Shown: positions 48,708-59,311, numbered from the stretch's first letter. The stretch: DNA of 64,000 nt from Patescibacteria group bacterium UBA6017 (GCA_002429485.1 DIZX01000015.1:86044-150043); one strand, 5' to 3'. Notes: generated from the letters alone by a model not told the origin. Numbers and translations: made by a program.

Positions 48708-50000
48708 TTATACTTTCTCCTTGGTTTTAGTTACATATTCAATAAAATGCTTTTGGGCCGCTTCAGGCTCGGGAGCGATAATCGCAAATCTCAGTCTCCC
48801 TGGAGCCAGCATTGCTTCGGCCACCCGCCGCACATCCGCCACCGTCACGGCCTCAATGAGTTGGATTGTCTCCTCGATCGACTTCACCGATCCGAGGAGG
48901 GCCATCTGGGTACCGATGCGGTCCGCTATGCTGCCGTTACTCTCCAAGCTCATTTCCAGCCCGGCAATCAGCTGCTGCTTGGCCTTATCGAGCTCCGTCA
49001 CGCTCACTGTCTCCGTCCGAATCAGGTCCAGCTCATGCAGCACCGAATCAAGCGCCTGCTGGATCTTATCGAGATTAACACCAGCGTAAGCCTCAAACAA
49101 CCCCGTATCCACAAACGCATTCACCTCGGCGAACACCGTGTAGGCCAATCCTTGGCGCTCACGCACGTTGGTAAACAGCCGCGAGCTCATACCCCGGCCC
49201 AAAATAGCTGCCACCAATCTGGCCGCCGGCTCATCCTGGTCGTCGTAGGCATAACCGCGCGACGCCACCATAAAGTGCGCCTGAGCCGTTGGCTTAGCGA
49301 GAGTCACCGCCAATTCGTCGCCCAGCTCCTCGGCTACCGGCACAATCGGCGCCAGCTCGGCCGATTCCAGGCCGCCCAAGCTCTCCTGCAGCTGCGCCAC
49401 CACCGCCGCATGATCCACTGCCCCGGCTACGGCTACCACCAAGTTGTTTGGTCGGTAGCGCTCGCCCAAATACTTCACAATCTCATCCCGCGACACCGTG
49501 TTGATCACCTCTTCCGAGCCAATAATATCTCGGCCCAACGGATTATCCGGAAAAATCAAACTCGGCACCAAGGTACCAATGTAGCGCGACGGGTCATCCC
49601 GAAATACATTCATTTCTTCAATAATAACGTCCCGCTCGCGCTCAAGTTCCGGTCCGTCCAGTAACGGACTCTTCACCATGTCGCTCAAAATATCCAATGC
49701 CAGCGCACCGTGACGAGCCGGTACTTTGATATAAAACGAAGTCACATCCTCGGTCGTGTAGGCATTATTGTAGCCGCCCACCGCATCGACCGCCTCAGCA
49801 ATCGCCTGAGCCGACGGATACTTCTTGGACCCCTTAAACAACAAATGTTCCAAAAAGTGCGACACTCCGCCGTTAGTGGCATATTCCTCGAATCTAGAGC
49901 CGGTACCCACCACAATATTTACGGTCACACTGCGAGCATCGACCAGACTGGCCGTTACTATTCTTAATCCGTTGTCGAGTGTAGTCTGATTAACTTTCAA
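48708..50000 (-). CDS. M16 family zinc peptidase
   Basis: GSRFE, HFLEH inverted motif, NAYT, SSRLF..VRE..GLAY. Confidence 0.93.
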   Translation of the reverse strand: MKVNQTTLDNGLRIVTASLVDARSVTVNIVVGTGSRFEEYATNGGVSHFLEHLLFKGSKKYPSAQAIAEAVDAVGGYNNAYTTEDVTSFYIKVPARHGALALDILSDMVKSPLLDGPELERERDVIIEEMNVFRDDPSRYIGTLVPSLIFPDNPLGRDIIGSEEVINTVSRDEIVKYLGERYRPNNLVVAVAGAVDHAAVVAQLQESLGGLESAELAPIVPVAEELGDELAVTLAKPTAQAHFMVASRGYAYDDQDEPAARLVAAILGRGMSSRLFTNVRERQGLAYTVFAEVNAFVDTGLFEAYAGVNLDKIQQALDSVLHELDLIRTETVSVTELDKAKQQLIAGLEMSLESNGSIADRIGTQMALLGSVKSIEETIQLIEAVTVADVRRVAEAMLAPGRLRFAIIAPEPEAAQKHFIEYVTKTKEKV

Positions 50001-50593
50001 TTACTGCTTCTCCTACGGTGCATATAATACCAGATAACCCAGGCTACTACCGCCAACACCACTCCCAGCGAGAGGACGTGCATGTACTTCGATATGCTCC
50101 CCAAATTATCACCGACCGTAAAGCCGACCCACACAAACAGCGCCGTCCATACCGCCGAGCCTATCGTGGTGTATAGCAGGAACTTTCCGAGATTCATGCC
50201 CGCTATCCCGGCCGGATAGGCTATCAGCCCACGCACCACCGGCAGACAACGGCCCAACATCGTCATCCAGGCACCATATTTCTCAAACGCCGCGTGAGTG
50301 CGGTCGAGGTCCTTCTTGGTGATAAACACGTATTTGCCGTACCGCTCCAAGATTGGGTGGCCGCCATACTTACCTATGCCGTAGCCGATAAGTCCGCCTG
50401 TCACCTGAGCTGCAACCCCCAAAATGAATACCACCCACACATCAAAGCGCCCCGTGGCTGCCAGAGCGCCGCCAATCGCCAGGAGTACCTCCGACGGGAT
50501 TGGTATGCCGAAGCTATCCAGTATCAATCCCGTCGCCAACCCGACATACCCAAGCTGCGACAGCAGGTCACCAGCTATTTGGGTATAATTCAC
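49997..50593 (-). CDS. DedA family membrane protein
   Basis: PIPSE, F.KYG, GR.LPVVR..I..PAG. Confidence 0.9.
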   Translation of the reverse strand: MNYTQIAGDLLSQLGYVGLATGLILDSFGIPIPSEVLLAIGGALAATGRFDVWVVFILGVAAQVTGGLIGYGIGKYGGHPILERYGKYVFITKKDLDRTHAAFEKYGAWMTMLGRCLPVVRGLIAYPAGIAGMNLGKFLLYTTIGSAVWTALFVWVGFTVGDNLGSISKYMHVLSLGVVLAVVAWVIWYYMHRRRSSN

Positions 50594-51378
50594 TATTTAA
50601 TGCCCGCCATCAGGAGAATTACGCCCACCACCACCCGGTACGCCGCGAATACGGCCAATCCGTGCTTCGACAGGTATCTGAGCAAGAATTTGATCGCCAG
50701 GTACCCTGTCACGGCGGCCGACACTATCCCGGCCACGTATAGCCAAGGCGCCGTGCCCATTTGCGCCATATTCGTCGGATCCACTAGCACCTTGAGCGTC
50801 GCTCCGGTGATAATCGGCGCCGACAGCAAAAATGACAGTCGCGTGGCGCTCACACGATCAAAGCCCAGCGCCCGGCTAATCGTGATCGTAATCCCCGAGC
50901 GCGATATACCAGGCACCAGCGCCAGTGCCTGGGCCACCCCCACCGTCATCACCCTCGGCAGGGTGACATCCGCCAGATTAAGCTTGCTCCAGGAGTACTT
51001 GTCCACGAGGTACATCACTATACCCACCCAGATCAGGTTAATCGCTACTAGGCGACCGTCGCGGAAGATTGTCTCGGCGTAATGCTGTACCAATACTCCG
51101 GCAATCACACCGGGAATCGTAGCCAGAATCAGATACAGGCCCATTTTGCGCTTCGGCCCGCCCATCACAAAATCACGGCCGATCTCCCAGAAGTCACGCG
51201 CGAAGAAGGCGTACAAAGCAATCAGCGTGCCCACGTCCAGCGCGGTATCAAAAGCCAGCCCCGAATATTGAAAATTCAAGAAATGTCCTACCAGGATCAG
51301 GTGGCCGGACGATGAAACTGGAATAAATTCTGTGAGTCCTTGGGTAATACCCAGAATAATCGAATCAATCAACTGCAT
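50593..51378 (-). CDS. uppP: undecaprenyl-diphosphate phosphatase
   Basis: QGLTEFIPVSSSGHL, PGISRSG; start refined to MQLIDS. Confidence 0.95.
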   Translation of the reverse strand: MQLIDSIILGITQGLTEFIPVSSSGHLILVGHFLNFQYSGLAFDTALDVGTLIALYAFFARDFWEIGRDFVMGGPKRKMGLYLILATIPGVIAGVLVQHYAETIFRDGRLVAINLIWVGIVMYLVDKYSWSKLNLADVTLPRVMTVGVAQALALVPGISRSGITITISRALGFDRVSATRLSFLLSAPIITGATLKVLVDPTNMAQMGTAPWLYVAGIVSAAVTGYLAIKFLLRYLSKHGLAVFAAYRVVVGVILLMAGIK

Positions 51379-51417
51379 AACCAGCATTATAGCTGGGCGT
51401 TACCGCTTCGGCTACTA

Positions 51418-53346
51418 CTATTGCGGCTGAGAAGCCGCCGGCGCCAAAATTATGTCGACCTGATGCTTCAGCGCCCGACCTCGCAGACCCCTAGGGTCAA
51501 GCGCCAGGGCGTGCTCCGCCGCCGCCTTGGCCTCGGTCACCTTGCCCCGGCTCAGGTACACGTTTCCCATGAGGGCCTCCAGATTCGCCAGCGTCGGCGC
51601 CAGCGTTTCATCGGCTCCGCGGTTACTCACCACGGCCGACGGATACTGCGCCAACATTGCCTTTGCTACCTGCAACGCCTCGTCCGGTTTCTGCTCATTG
51701 AGCAGTGCGCTGGCCAGATCAAGGGCGTAGTCTGGATGATTGAACCGGTCCAGCTCCAGTGCATGGCGGAAGGCCGCTTCAGCCCCTTTATAGTCAGCTT
51801 TCTGCGCCAATATCCGGCCTGCCAGCTGATAATGCTGCCCATCCGACGGATCCAGCCGCTGCGCCGCATGCGCTCGGTCGAGTGCCAAGACCAAATTGCC
51901 CGCGGCATCCGGACCGCCCTCACTCCCCGACACGAACAGATTGATTCCCTGCGCACTAACGGTGTCGGGGTTATATATGATCCCCGAGCTAGCCCGGCCA
52001 AAATCCTCCGCCGCCAAGACATAATCCCCGTCCGTCTGAGCGTTGCGGCCGCGCATAGTCCAGGTATCGCTGAAATATAGGCTCACGGTCGGAATCAGCA
52101 CCAACGCCGCCACTGCCGGCCACTTCCATCCCAAAGCTACCCACTTATGCGACTTTTGAACGTAAATCAAGCCTGTGAACATACCCACCAACCCCAACAG
52201 CGCCGGATATCGGGCATCGATATCGAGTCCGAAGTGCATTAACAGTCCAAGGGTTCCCAGCGCCACCGGCACCAACTCGGGCTTGGCCACCAATCCCCGC
52301 AGGGATCCCAGCAACATAATCAGCAATATCACGGCCAGCAACCCCGCCCCCACCAGCCCCAATTCAGCCAGCACTTGAGCGTAAACATTGTGAGCGCTCG
52401 TTGATGCACTCACCACGCGCTTCTGATACTGCGGGTGAACGTCCCCGAACGCTCCCGCGCCCACACCGCCTACCGGATTGGCCTTCCACATATCAAATGC
52501 GCTCGACAGGAAATACAGCCGGTCGCTCCCGCTCGTCGACTCACCCTTAACTGCCTCGCTGAAGCGTGAGCCAGGTGCCACCTTAGCGCTATGTTGCACC
52601 GTCAGAGTGCTCAACTTCACCAAGCCGGCACTCAACCCGAATGCCAAAAATCCACTGAACACAAAAAGTATCCAGAAGCGCAAAGAAAGCTTTACCAAAA
52701 GCAAATACAGACCAAGAATAATGAACAATATAACGGTAGCTGCGCGCGAATCGGTCAGCCAAAACGTCGCCATCCAGAGCGAAGTCAGCCCAAACCATGC
52801 CCACTGCATCCGGCCCTTCGAACGGCGCATCAAGTCCATCCCGATCACAATCGCCGGTATCAGATAAGCAGCGGCCGGATTCGCCCAGTAGAATGTACCC
52901 GTGAGACGCCCGTACTCACTCGTGAGGTACATCCATATAGCTACAGCGCTAAATACCCCGGCCGATACCAAATACGCGCCAACTACCCACTTGCGACCCA
53001 AAGCCGTGCCGCTTACGGCGTATGCCAGGCGAAATGCCAATGCCGCCATTACCCACTCCACTATCCAGATGGTGCTCGAGTACCGATTAGCCGTCCACAA
53101 TAGCGACAGCAGCGCGAAGCCGATAAACAGGCTAAAACAAACCACCAGCAGCCCGCGCGCCAGCACCCTCGAAGCCGGCTGACGCCACACCAGCAACGCC
53201 CCGAGCAGCAGCGCAAAGCCGCTGATGAGCATCCCGAGCGGCTCCTGCCCCCCGCTCAGCCACGGTGCCACAGCAACTGCCAGGCACACCACTAGCGCCT
53301 TCGTAATCACCGGCCGCATCGTACCGCTTTGCTCTGCCTCTTCCAT
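51418..53346 (-). CDS. O-antigen ligase family protein with C-terminal TPRs (possible pilin/protein O-oligosaccharyltransferase)
   Basis: multiple TMs, RLTGTF..ANP, SR, G.G.F, AHN.Y.Q.LAELG, TPR-like tail. Confidence 0.85.
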   Translation of the reverse strand: MEEAEQSGTMRPVITKALVVCLAVAVAPWLSGGQEPLGMLISGFALLLGALLVWRQPASRVLARGLLVVCFSLFIGFALLSLLWTANRYSSTIWIVEWVMAALAFRLAYAVSGTALGRKWVVGAYLVSAGVFSAVAIWMYLTSEYGRLTGTFYWANPAAAYLIPAIVIGMDLMRRSKGRMQWAWFGLTSLWMATFWLTDSRAATVILFIILGLYLLLVKLSLRFWILFVFSGFLAFGLSAGLVKLSTLTVQHSAKVAPGSRFSEAVKGESTSGSDRLYFLSSAFDMWKANPVGGVGAGAFGDVHPQYQKRVVSASTSAHNVYAQVLAELGLVGAGLLAVILLIMLLGSLRGLVAKPELVPVALGTLGLLMHFGLDIDARYPALLGLVGMFTGLIYVQKSHKWVALGWKWPAVAALVLIPTVSLYFSDTWTMRGRNAQTDGDYVLAAEDFGRASSGIIYNPDTVSAQGINLFVSGSEGGPDAAGNLVLALDRAHAAQRLDPSDGQHYQLAGRILAQKADYKGAEAAFRHALELDRFNHPDYALDLASALLNEQKPDEALQVAKAMLAQYPSAVVSNRGADETLAPTLANLEALMGNVYLSRGKVTEAKAAAEHALALDPRGLRGRALKHQVDIILAPAASQPQ

Positions 53347-53445
53347 AACCGTTATTGTAGCAGAATTTGACATCTCAGCTTTTTCTCAGTATATTCTCTA
53401 AATTCGTGAAGCTACCAATTATAAGGACACCAAGCCATTAAAGCT

Positions 53446-54696
53446 ATGCTTACTCGCATCACCCGAACCGGCAAACCTCAGGGTTTGCTGATTATTCCTG
53501 CCATCATACTCATACTTTCTACCCTAGTGAGCGATCTGCCGTCTGCCAGTGCCATGATCGCGATTGCTCCCGGGCCGGTGCTCACCCTCGACGCCGCACA
53601 ACCGCCCGTTATTACTCAGCGCGCCATCACCGCCACTACCCCACCAGGCTGGGAAAGTGGGTATTTCGCCAACTCTTTCGAGTATGGCTACGCCTCATCC
53701 AGCGCCTCCACCGCCCCAGACAGTACAAGCGTGAATGTGATCTCGATTGATCCCGCCGCGACGCCGCTCGCCAGCCCCCTGCACGTCCTTATCGATATCA
53801 GTGAGCAAGATCCTAACGTCACGCTCTACCTCATGGTCCGGGCCAACCTCCAGAGCGGAATTCCATGCGACTGGTCACACCCCCTGCTCATCAATGACCC
53901 TTCGATGTACGTAGCGCCGCCAGATCCTACACCGACCCCCACGCCAACCCCTACTCCTACGCCCACACCTAGCGCCACGCCCTCCCCCGCGCCAGCACCA
54001 ACACCCATACCTCCAGCTGTCGTGTGCCCCCGGCTTCAATTCGTGGGCGTACGCGGCTCCAGCGAAACTAAATATGATAGCGGAGGCTACGGGAGCACTG
54101 TCGCCAATATTAAGGATATTATCGAAAAGAACGTTCCTGGCACCAAAAGTACGCCGATCGACTACCCAGCCATTCCCGTTGGCTATGGTGGACCCGACTA
54201 TCTCAGCCTGTATGAAAAGAGCATGGCCAAAGGCCGAGACGCTCTGGATGCTTTTCTCACTAAATTTATTGGCGATTGCCCTCACACCTACGTAATTCTT
54301 GCAGGCTATAGCCAAGGCGCCCAAGTAGCTGGCGACGAGTTCGCCTACCTGACTACCGCCGAAAAGGGCCATATTGCAGCGCTCATACTCATCGGCGATC
54401 CCCGCTTCAACCCCAACCAACCCTCGGTAGATAATGGCAACTACGATAAAAAGCTTTCTGGCATCTACCAGTTCGTGGTTCCCCAAATGCGCATTATCCC
54501 CGATATCTGGGTACCCAACGTAAAAAGCTACTGCGCCAAAGGCGACCCTATATGCAACTTCACCGGTTCAAATCTGCCAAGCTGCCGCCCAGGCTCGAAG
54601 AACTGCCAGCACATTCTATATGCCGATAAAGGGTGGACAAAAATTGCCGCTCAATGGGCTATAAGACACTGGAGAACACTTCCTTCATTACCATAA
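53446..54696 (+). CDS. secreted cutinase-family serine esterase with N-terminal domain and PT linker
   Basis: signal peptide, VGVRGSSE, YPA, GYSQGA, GDP, YC..GDPIC, H..Y. Confidence 0.88.
   Translation: MLTRITRTGKPQGLLIIPAIILILSTLVSDLPSASAMIAIAPGPVLTLDAAQPPVITQRAITATTPPGWESGYFANSFEYGYASSSASTAPDSTSVNVISIDPAATPLASPLHVLIDISEQDPNVTLYLMVRANLQSGIPCDWSHPLLINDPSMYVAPPDPTPTPTPTPTPTPTPSATPSPAPAPTPIPPAVVCPRLQFVGVRGSSETKYDSGGYGSTVANIKDIIEKNVPGTKSTPIDYPAIPVGYGGPDYLSLYEKSMAKGRDALDAFLTKFIGDCPHTYVILAGYSQGAQVAGDEFAYLTTAEKGHIAALILIGDPRFNPNQPSVDNGNYDKKLSGIYQFVVPQMRIIPDIWVPNVKSYCAKGDPICNFTGSNLPSCRPGSKNCQHILYADKGWTKIAAQWAIRHWRTLPSLP
53926..54010 (+). repeat. Pro-Thr repeat linker
   Basis: PTPTPTPTPTPTPTPSATPSPAPAPTP, encoded with varied codons. 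Confidence 0.85.
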
Positions 54697-54760
54697 AAAT
54701 GCTTATCTCAGTAGCGCAAGTTAGATTTTTCACTCGCAAAAGATTATCATCATCAATATT

Positions 54761-55018
54761 ATGAAACCATCAAAAAACCAATTGATAGCAACATTCGTCG
54801 GACTACTCGGTGCTAGCCTATTTATATTCGGGGTAATGTATACTGCGATGCATTATCTAGACCCTCACGCAACAATTAACGTCGACTTTTTCCTGGTTCC
54901 AGGCGTACTCCTCCTAGTATCAGCGCCTATTATTCTAAAAAAGCTTATCTGGTCTGTGATATTCACGACAATCGGCCTACTCTTTTTCCTTTGGGTATAT
55001 TCCGGTATTTTCCAGTAA
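54761..55018 (+). CDS. small 3-TM membrane protein (paralog 1)
   Basis: 85 aa, low GC, G.LLL...IILKKLIW...LWVY. Confidence 0.75.
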   Translation: MKPSKNQLIATFVGLLGASLFIFGVMYTAMHYLDPHATINVDFFLVPGVLLLVSAPIILKKLIWSVIFTTIGLLFFLWVYSGIFQ

Positions 55019-55058
55019 CCTGTCAGATTAACAAACTAAAAATTACTATCGCCCCAGA

Positions 55059-55325
55059 ATGAAAACTACTACAAAGCTGAAAATTATCGCCTGGATACTA
55101 TCCTTGGTCGGAATCGGAACCATAATCGATGGGCTAGCTTATAACATTAATCATCTAGATAGTTATCTCGATCAACCTCACTACTTTCTCCGAGATAACG
55201 AAGTCGCAATAGGGTATATCTTGCTCGTGATAGCATCAATTATCGTCCGCCGCTACATATGGGCTGGCGTACTGGTTGGCATAGCGACGATATTCGAATT
55301 ATGGGTATACTTCTCTACCCTTTAA
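55059..55325 (+). CDS. small 3-TM membrane protein (paralog 2)
   Basis: 88 aa, G.ILL...IIVRRYIW...LWVY. Confidence 0.75.
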   Translation: MKTTTKLKIIAWILSLVGIGTIIDGLAYNINHLDSYLDQPHYFLRDNEVAIGYILLVIASIIVRRYIWAGVLVGIATIFELWVYFSTL

Positions 55326-55359
55326 GAGCGCTTAATTTAAACATCGATAAGGTAAATCA

Positions 55360-55686
55360 ATGAGTTTTAGAATGTTGTCAGCTCAACAGGCCAAGCCAAC
55401 AAGCTCCCAGATACTGCTTTCGATAGCTCTTGGGCTTTCTGGAGCATTCCTAATAATTCTCGGCATTATTTTTTTCTTTGGTAATCAATTTGCCTTAGTT
55501 ATGGGCTCTGTTGATGGCACAAATACACTTATACTGCTTTTTCTTTCAGGATTGCCATTTGTAATCCTCGGCACTCTTTGTCTACTAGCTATCCCGATTA
55601 TTCTGCACAAAAGATGGATTCTATTCACGCTGATTGGCGGCATTCTAATCGGCCTCGCCTACCTCTTCCAAGCTTTTCAAGACTAA
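55360..55686 (+). CDS. small membrane protein (paralog 3)
   Basis: 108 aa, G..CLL..PIILHKRWI. Confidence 0.7.
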   Translation: MSFRMLSAQQAKPTSSQILLSIALGLSGAFLIILGIIFFFGNQFALVMGSVDGTNTLILLFLSGLPFVILGTLCLLAIPIILHKRWILFTLIGGILIGLAYLFQAFQD

Positions 55687-55766
55687 GGGCCACGAGCCGG
55701 AGCACCCCCACCCCGAAATTACTCTTATTGGAATACTATTCTGAAAAGAGTAAAATCGCAGACCTA

Positions 55767-56165
55767 ATGTACCCAGACTCATTACCCCCACCAATTTCAG
55801 CCCAAACTTTCTACGTGCTCCTCGCGCTGTCACTCGATGAGTTGCACGTTTACGCCATCAAAGGCGCCGTATTCAACTACTCGCTCGGCAGCGTCAACCT
55901 GACCGCCAGCCGGCTCTATGCCCTCGTAAACCAGCTCGAAGACGAAGGCATTATCGACCTAATCGGCCGCCGACCAGCCGGAAAATCGCGCAAAGAGCGA
56001 CAACACTACGCCATCTCGCCCCATGGCGCCATCCGCCTACAGGAAGAACTACTCCGTCAAAACCACGCGGTCAAAATCGCCAAGGCCCATGACCTGCTCG
56101 ACAACAAAACCCCCACCGACATCCAGCGCCTCCTGCTAAAAACCGCCCCCAAAACCTCATCCTAG
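55767..56165 (+). CDS. PadR-like winged-helix regulator
   Basis: F.VLLAL...LH.YAI, LY..V.QLE..G.I, R.HY.I...G. Confidence 0.75.
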   Translation: MYPDSLPPPISAQTFYVLLALSLDELHVYAIKGAVFNYSLGSVNLTASRLYALVNQLEDEGIIDLIGRRPAGKSRKERQHYAISPHGAIRLQEELLRQNHAVKIAKAHDLLDNKTPTDIQRLLLKTAPKTSS

Positions 56166-56205
56166 ATTGTGCGACGTGGTAGCATAGAAGCATAAGGGGT
56201 TACAC

Positions 56206-57129
56206 ATGGCCGAATTACACCTATCTGAGCTCGTCACCGACTTCCTGGAGCACCTGGAGATCGAACAGAACCGCTCACCCAAGACCATCAGCAACTACGA
56301 TCACTACCTCCAGCGACTGGTCGAATTCGCAGGCGACTGCGACATCGCCAAGCTAGACGCCGAAATGGTCCGCCAATGGCGCCTACACCTCAACCGTACC
56401 AAAGACGTTTCCGGCAACGAACTCACCAAAACCACCCAGAACTATCACCTCATCGCCCTGCGCAGCTTTCTCAAGTACCTCGCCAAGCGAGATATCACCG
56501 CCCTCGACAGCGCCAAAATCGAACTCGCCAAAACCGTCCGCCCTCAAGTGACCTTCCTGGAAACGGAGGAGGTGCAGCGCCTGCTCGAGGCCGTCGACAC
56601 CTCCAACCCCATCGGCCTGCGCGACCGCGCCATCATCGAGCTGCTATTCTCCGGCGGCCTGCGCGTATCCGAGCTCGTCAACCTGAATGTCACCCATATC
56701 AACCTCGACCGGCGCGAATTTATGGTGCGCGGCAAGGGCCAAAAAGACCGCCCCATCTTCATCTCACCCACCGCCGCCGACTGGATGGACCTTTACCTCA
56801 AAAGCCGCCACGACGACGGCCAACCCCTCTTCATCCACTACTCCGGCTCCCAAGACTCTGCTGAGGGCGGCATGTACACCCGCCTCACCGTTCGCAGCGT
56901 TCAGCGACTCGTGAAGCGCTACGCCACCGCCGCCGGCATCACCAAGGACGTCACCCCACACACCCTGCGCCACAGCTTTGCAACCGACCTGCTCATCAAC
57001 GGCGCCGACATCCGCAGCGTCCAAGGTCTGCTCGGCCACGCCAACATTGCCACCACCCAGATCTACACCCACATCACCGACCCACAGCTCAAAGCCGTGC
57101 ACGAGAAGTTCCACGGCCGCAGGGCCTAA
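56206..57129 (+). CDS. Xer-type tyrosine recombinase
   Basis: RDRAI.ELLFS.GLRVSEL, GKG.KDR, TPHTLRHSFATDLL, LLGH.NI.TTQIYTH. Confidence 0.93.
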   Translation: MAELHLSELVTDFLEHLEIEQNRSPKTISNYDHYLQRLVEFAGDCDIAKLDAEMVRQWRLHLNRTKDVSGNELTKTTQNYHLIALRSFLKYLAKRDITALDSAKIELAKTVRPQVTFLETEEVQRLLEAVDTSNPIGLRDRAIIELLFSGGLRVSELVNLNVTHINLDRREFMVRGKGQKDRPIFISPTAADWMDLYLKSRHDDGQPLFIHYSGSQDSAEGGMYTRLTVRSVQRLVKRYATAAGITKDVTPHTLRHSFATDLLINGADIRSVQGLLGHANIATTQIYTHITDPQLKAVHEKFHGRRA

Positions 57130-57144
57130 ACCGGCCGGTCTAAT

Positions 57145-58134
57145 CTAGTAGTTACACCCGTCAGACGTCGCCAGGTTGTTCATCACGTTAAAGCCCTTGC
57201 AGATATTCGTATCCGAATACATCACATAGTTGAGGCCATTCGAGGCTCCGCCATTGATTGGCAGCTTCGAAATCACTCGACGGTAAGTCTGCCCTGCCCT
57301 AGCCGTCACATCGATGGTCGCCGTACCATCGGGTACCTTTACGATTGTACCGCCATTGAGGAACGTCATTCTGTATGAAGTGGGGCCGTAGCGTGAACGC
57401 AAGCGGAAGAGATAGTTGGACGCTCCGCCCAAACCATTAATAATCGCGTAGCAGTTATAATGGCTCGTTATTGGAGTGCCAGCAATCGCGCGCGAATTAC
57501 CGGGTACGCAATTGCCGTTAAATTGCTGCGGCGTAACCGTTTGAGCATAGGTAATCGTCGATCCCGCGGCCCCGCGAGGCACAAACACAGCATTGGTTAG
57601 CGGGATATTCGTATTGCCCGCAAACATCGCGTTCGGATATTTCACGATAGCCACCTCCATTGGGGGCGCCGCATAACCATATCCCCCCGCCCCCGGCAAT
57701 GCCCCCGCCACGTTAAATGACGCCGCAGTCGTAACGTTCGACTGATTCCATTCAATCACAACTCTGTTATACCCTGCCGACCCGGGATCGATCGTTTTAG
57801 CAACATCATTGTGTTCCAAGATACCCGTGGGCGAGCCAGAAAACGATATCTGCTGACACGTCCAGCCGGCCGCTCCCGTAGCATCATAGGTCGTGTTTGC
57901 CGCACCCGGTGTCGCACACGTTTGATTCGTCGTCACTGCACCGCTCAGGACCTTGGCCGCAGCATCTTCTATCCCCGCCTCAGCCGCATAATAAGCCCGT
58001 AGCGTCTGTTCCGAGTCTTCCGACTTGCGCAGCTGGACCGCCTCAAGCGAGACCAGACTAATAGTAATCACCAACAGCAAAAGGCTCAGCATAATCGTGG
58101 TAAAAAGCGATACGAAACCGCGTTCATTTCTCAT
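57145..58134 (-). CDS. PilX-like minor pilin/pilus assembly protein
   Basis: RNERG|FVSLF prepilin site without E5; AYYAAEAGIE. Confidence 0.82.
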   Translation of the reverse strand: MRNERGFVSLFTTIMLSLLLLVITISLVSLEAVQLRKSEDSEQTLRAYYAAEAGIEDAAAKVLSGAVTTNQTCATPGAANTTYDATGAAGWTCQQISFSGSPTGILEHNDVAKTIDPGSAGYNRVVIEWNQSNVTTAASFNVAGALPGAGGYGYAAPPMEVAIVKYPNAMFAGNTNIPLTNAVFVPRGAAGSTITYAQTVTPQQFNGNCVPGNSRAIAGTPITSHYNCYAIINGLGGASNYLFRLRSRYGPTSYRMTFLNGGTIVKVPDGTATIDVTARAGQTYRRVISKLPINGGASNGLNYVMYSDTNICKGFNVMNNLATSDGCNY

Positions 58135-58739
58135 CGTGGTACTGCTCCAGATTTTAAGGTTATAGCTGAACAATAATTACGGTCATAATTTGTCGGACCG
58201 CAGGCCACATTGGCCCCTGATCCCGTAGTAGTACCGTTATTCGAGGCCACCGTTAGTGTCAAATTCACCTCCGGCTTCAAAATGTTACCGGGCGGAACCA
58301 CCCCCGAGAACGCCGTTACCGAAACTATGCTCGAGGTAATCGCCTGGGGACTTGTACCGGGAACCACACAGTTGGGCGTTCCAAGCACTCTCGGCGAATT
58401 CGCCCGAGTCAGAACACCTACCAACGGAGTCAGAGGAAACGGATGAGCGACGTAATAGATAGTCTCCCCACCGCTGCTGGTATTAGTCAGGCACAAAGTG
58501 TTGGCAGCGCTCGGCAATACCCCATTCGAGGTTCGGACCGCCCGCACGAGCTCATCCATCGCCGTCCGGGCGTTATCCTCGGCAATATTAGCCGCTACGG
58601 CCTGATTATGTATATGAACCACATTAATAAACCCGATCACCACTATCATCAGCATAAAACTGAAGATTGCCATGGCCATCAACAGCTCAATGAGCGTAAA
58701 TCCTGCCTCGGTGTCTTTAACTTTGCTTGTTATGGGCAT
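58131..58739 (-). CDS. type IV minor pilin (PilW-like)
   Basis: G|FTLIELL N-methylation motif. Confidence 0.88.
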   Translation of the reverse strand: MPITSKVKDTEAGFTLIELLMAMAIFSFMLMIVVIGFINVVHIHNQAVAANIAEDNARTAMDELVRAVRTSNGVLPSAANTLCLTNTSSGGETIYYVAHPFPLTPLVGVLTRANSPRVLGTPNCVVPGTSPQAITSSIVSVTAFSGVVPPGNILKPEVNLTLTVASNNGTTTGSGANVACGPTNYDRNYCSAITLKSGAVPR

Positions 58740-59311
58740 GTTACCCCCGGAAATTCCTTCGGATCAAAGCGCAGGTTCGTAAGCTTCGTTGCAATTCGGT
58801 TTGAAGCCGTACCACCGCCAAGCGCGGAAAATTGATATTTGAGAATAAAATCATAGGCACACTCCGGTGCGCCACCCGGGGTGACATAGATCTCCATCGT
58901 AGAAGTCGGCACATTGGCAGCCGCAGCACCCCCTGCTGCCGCGGGGCCGGCCTTTGGTACCCACTCGGTCGTACCGGGCACCGTAGTAACCAGCTCCATA
59001 TGGAAACACTGCCCGCTCGAACACGAACCAACCGCCGCGTTATCTATCCCCAGATAATTCGCACCGCTGCCGGCCCGAAACTCCGACCAAGTATGGTTAT
59101 CCCGGAAACTTCGCAGTGCCTCCACCTGACCCTGAGAGGCAATCGCCACCTGCGTGCGCTCCTTGGCCGTCTGCCCCGTCCGAAACGCCGCCATAGCCAC
59201 GACCGTCGAGCTGATCAACACCGCCGCCAAAATCGCCAACGCAAAGGTAACCTCCACGAGCGTATCACCCCGCGAATTATTCCAGTTTCTGGCAAATATC
59301 GACTTAAGCAT
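58730..59311 (-). CDS. type IV minor pilin (PilV-like)
   Basis: G|DTLVEV motif. Confidence 0.85.
   Translation of the reverse strand: MLKSIFARNWNNSRGDTLVEVTFALAILAAVLISSTVVAMAAFRTGQTAKERTQVAIASQGQVEALRSFRDNHTWSEFRAGSGANYLGIDNAAVGSCSSGQCFHMELVTTVPGTTEWVPKAGPAAAGGAAAANVPTSTMEIYVTPGGAPECAYDFILKYQFSALGGGTASNRIATKLTNLRFDPKEFPGVTCP

Noticed and set aside
53926-54010. Short periodic repeats considered as CRISPR or VNTR
   Set aside because: They encode a Pro-Thr linker with degenerate codons; no repeat-spacer array exists anywhere in the window.
56206-57129. Tyrosine recombinase as a prophage or island integrase
   Set aside because: Size and motifs fit a housekeeping XerC/D; there is no arm-binding domain, att repeat or phage gene, and no dif site was recognised.
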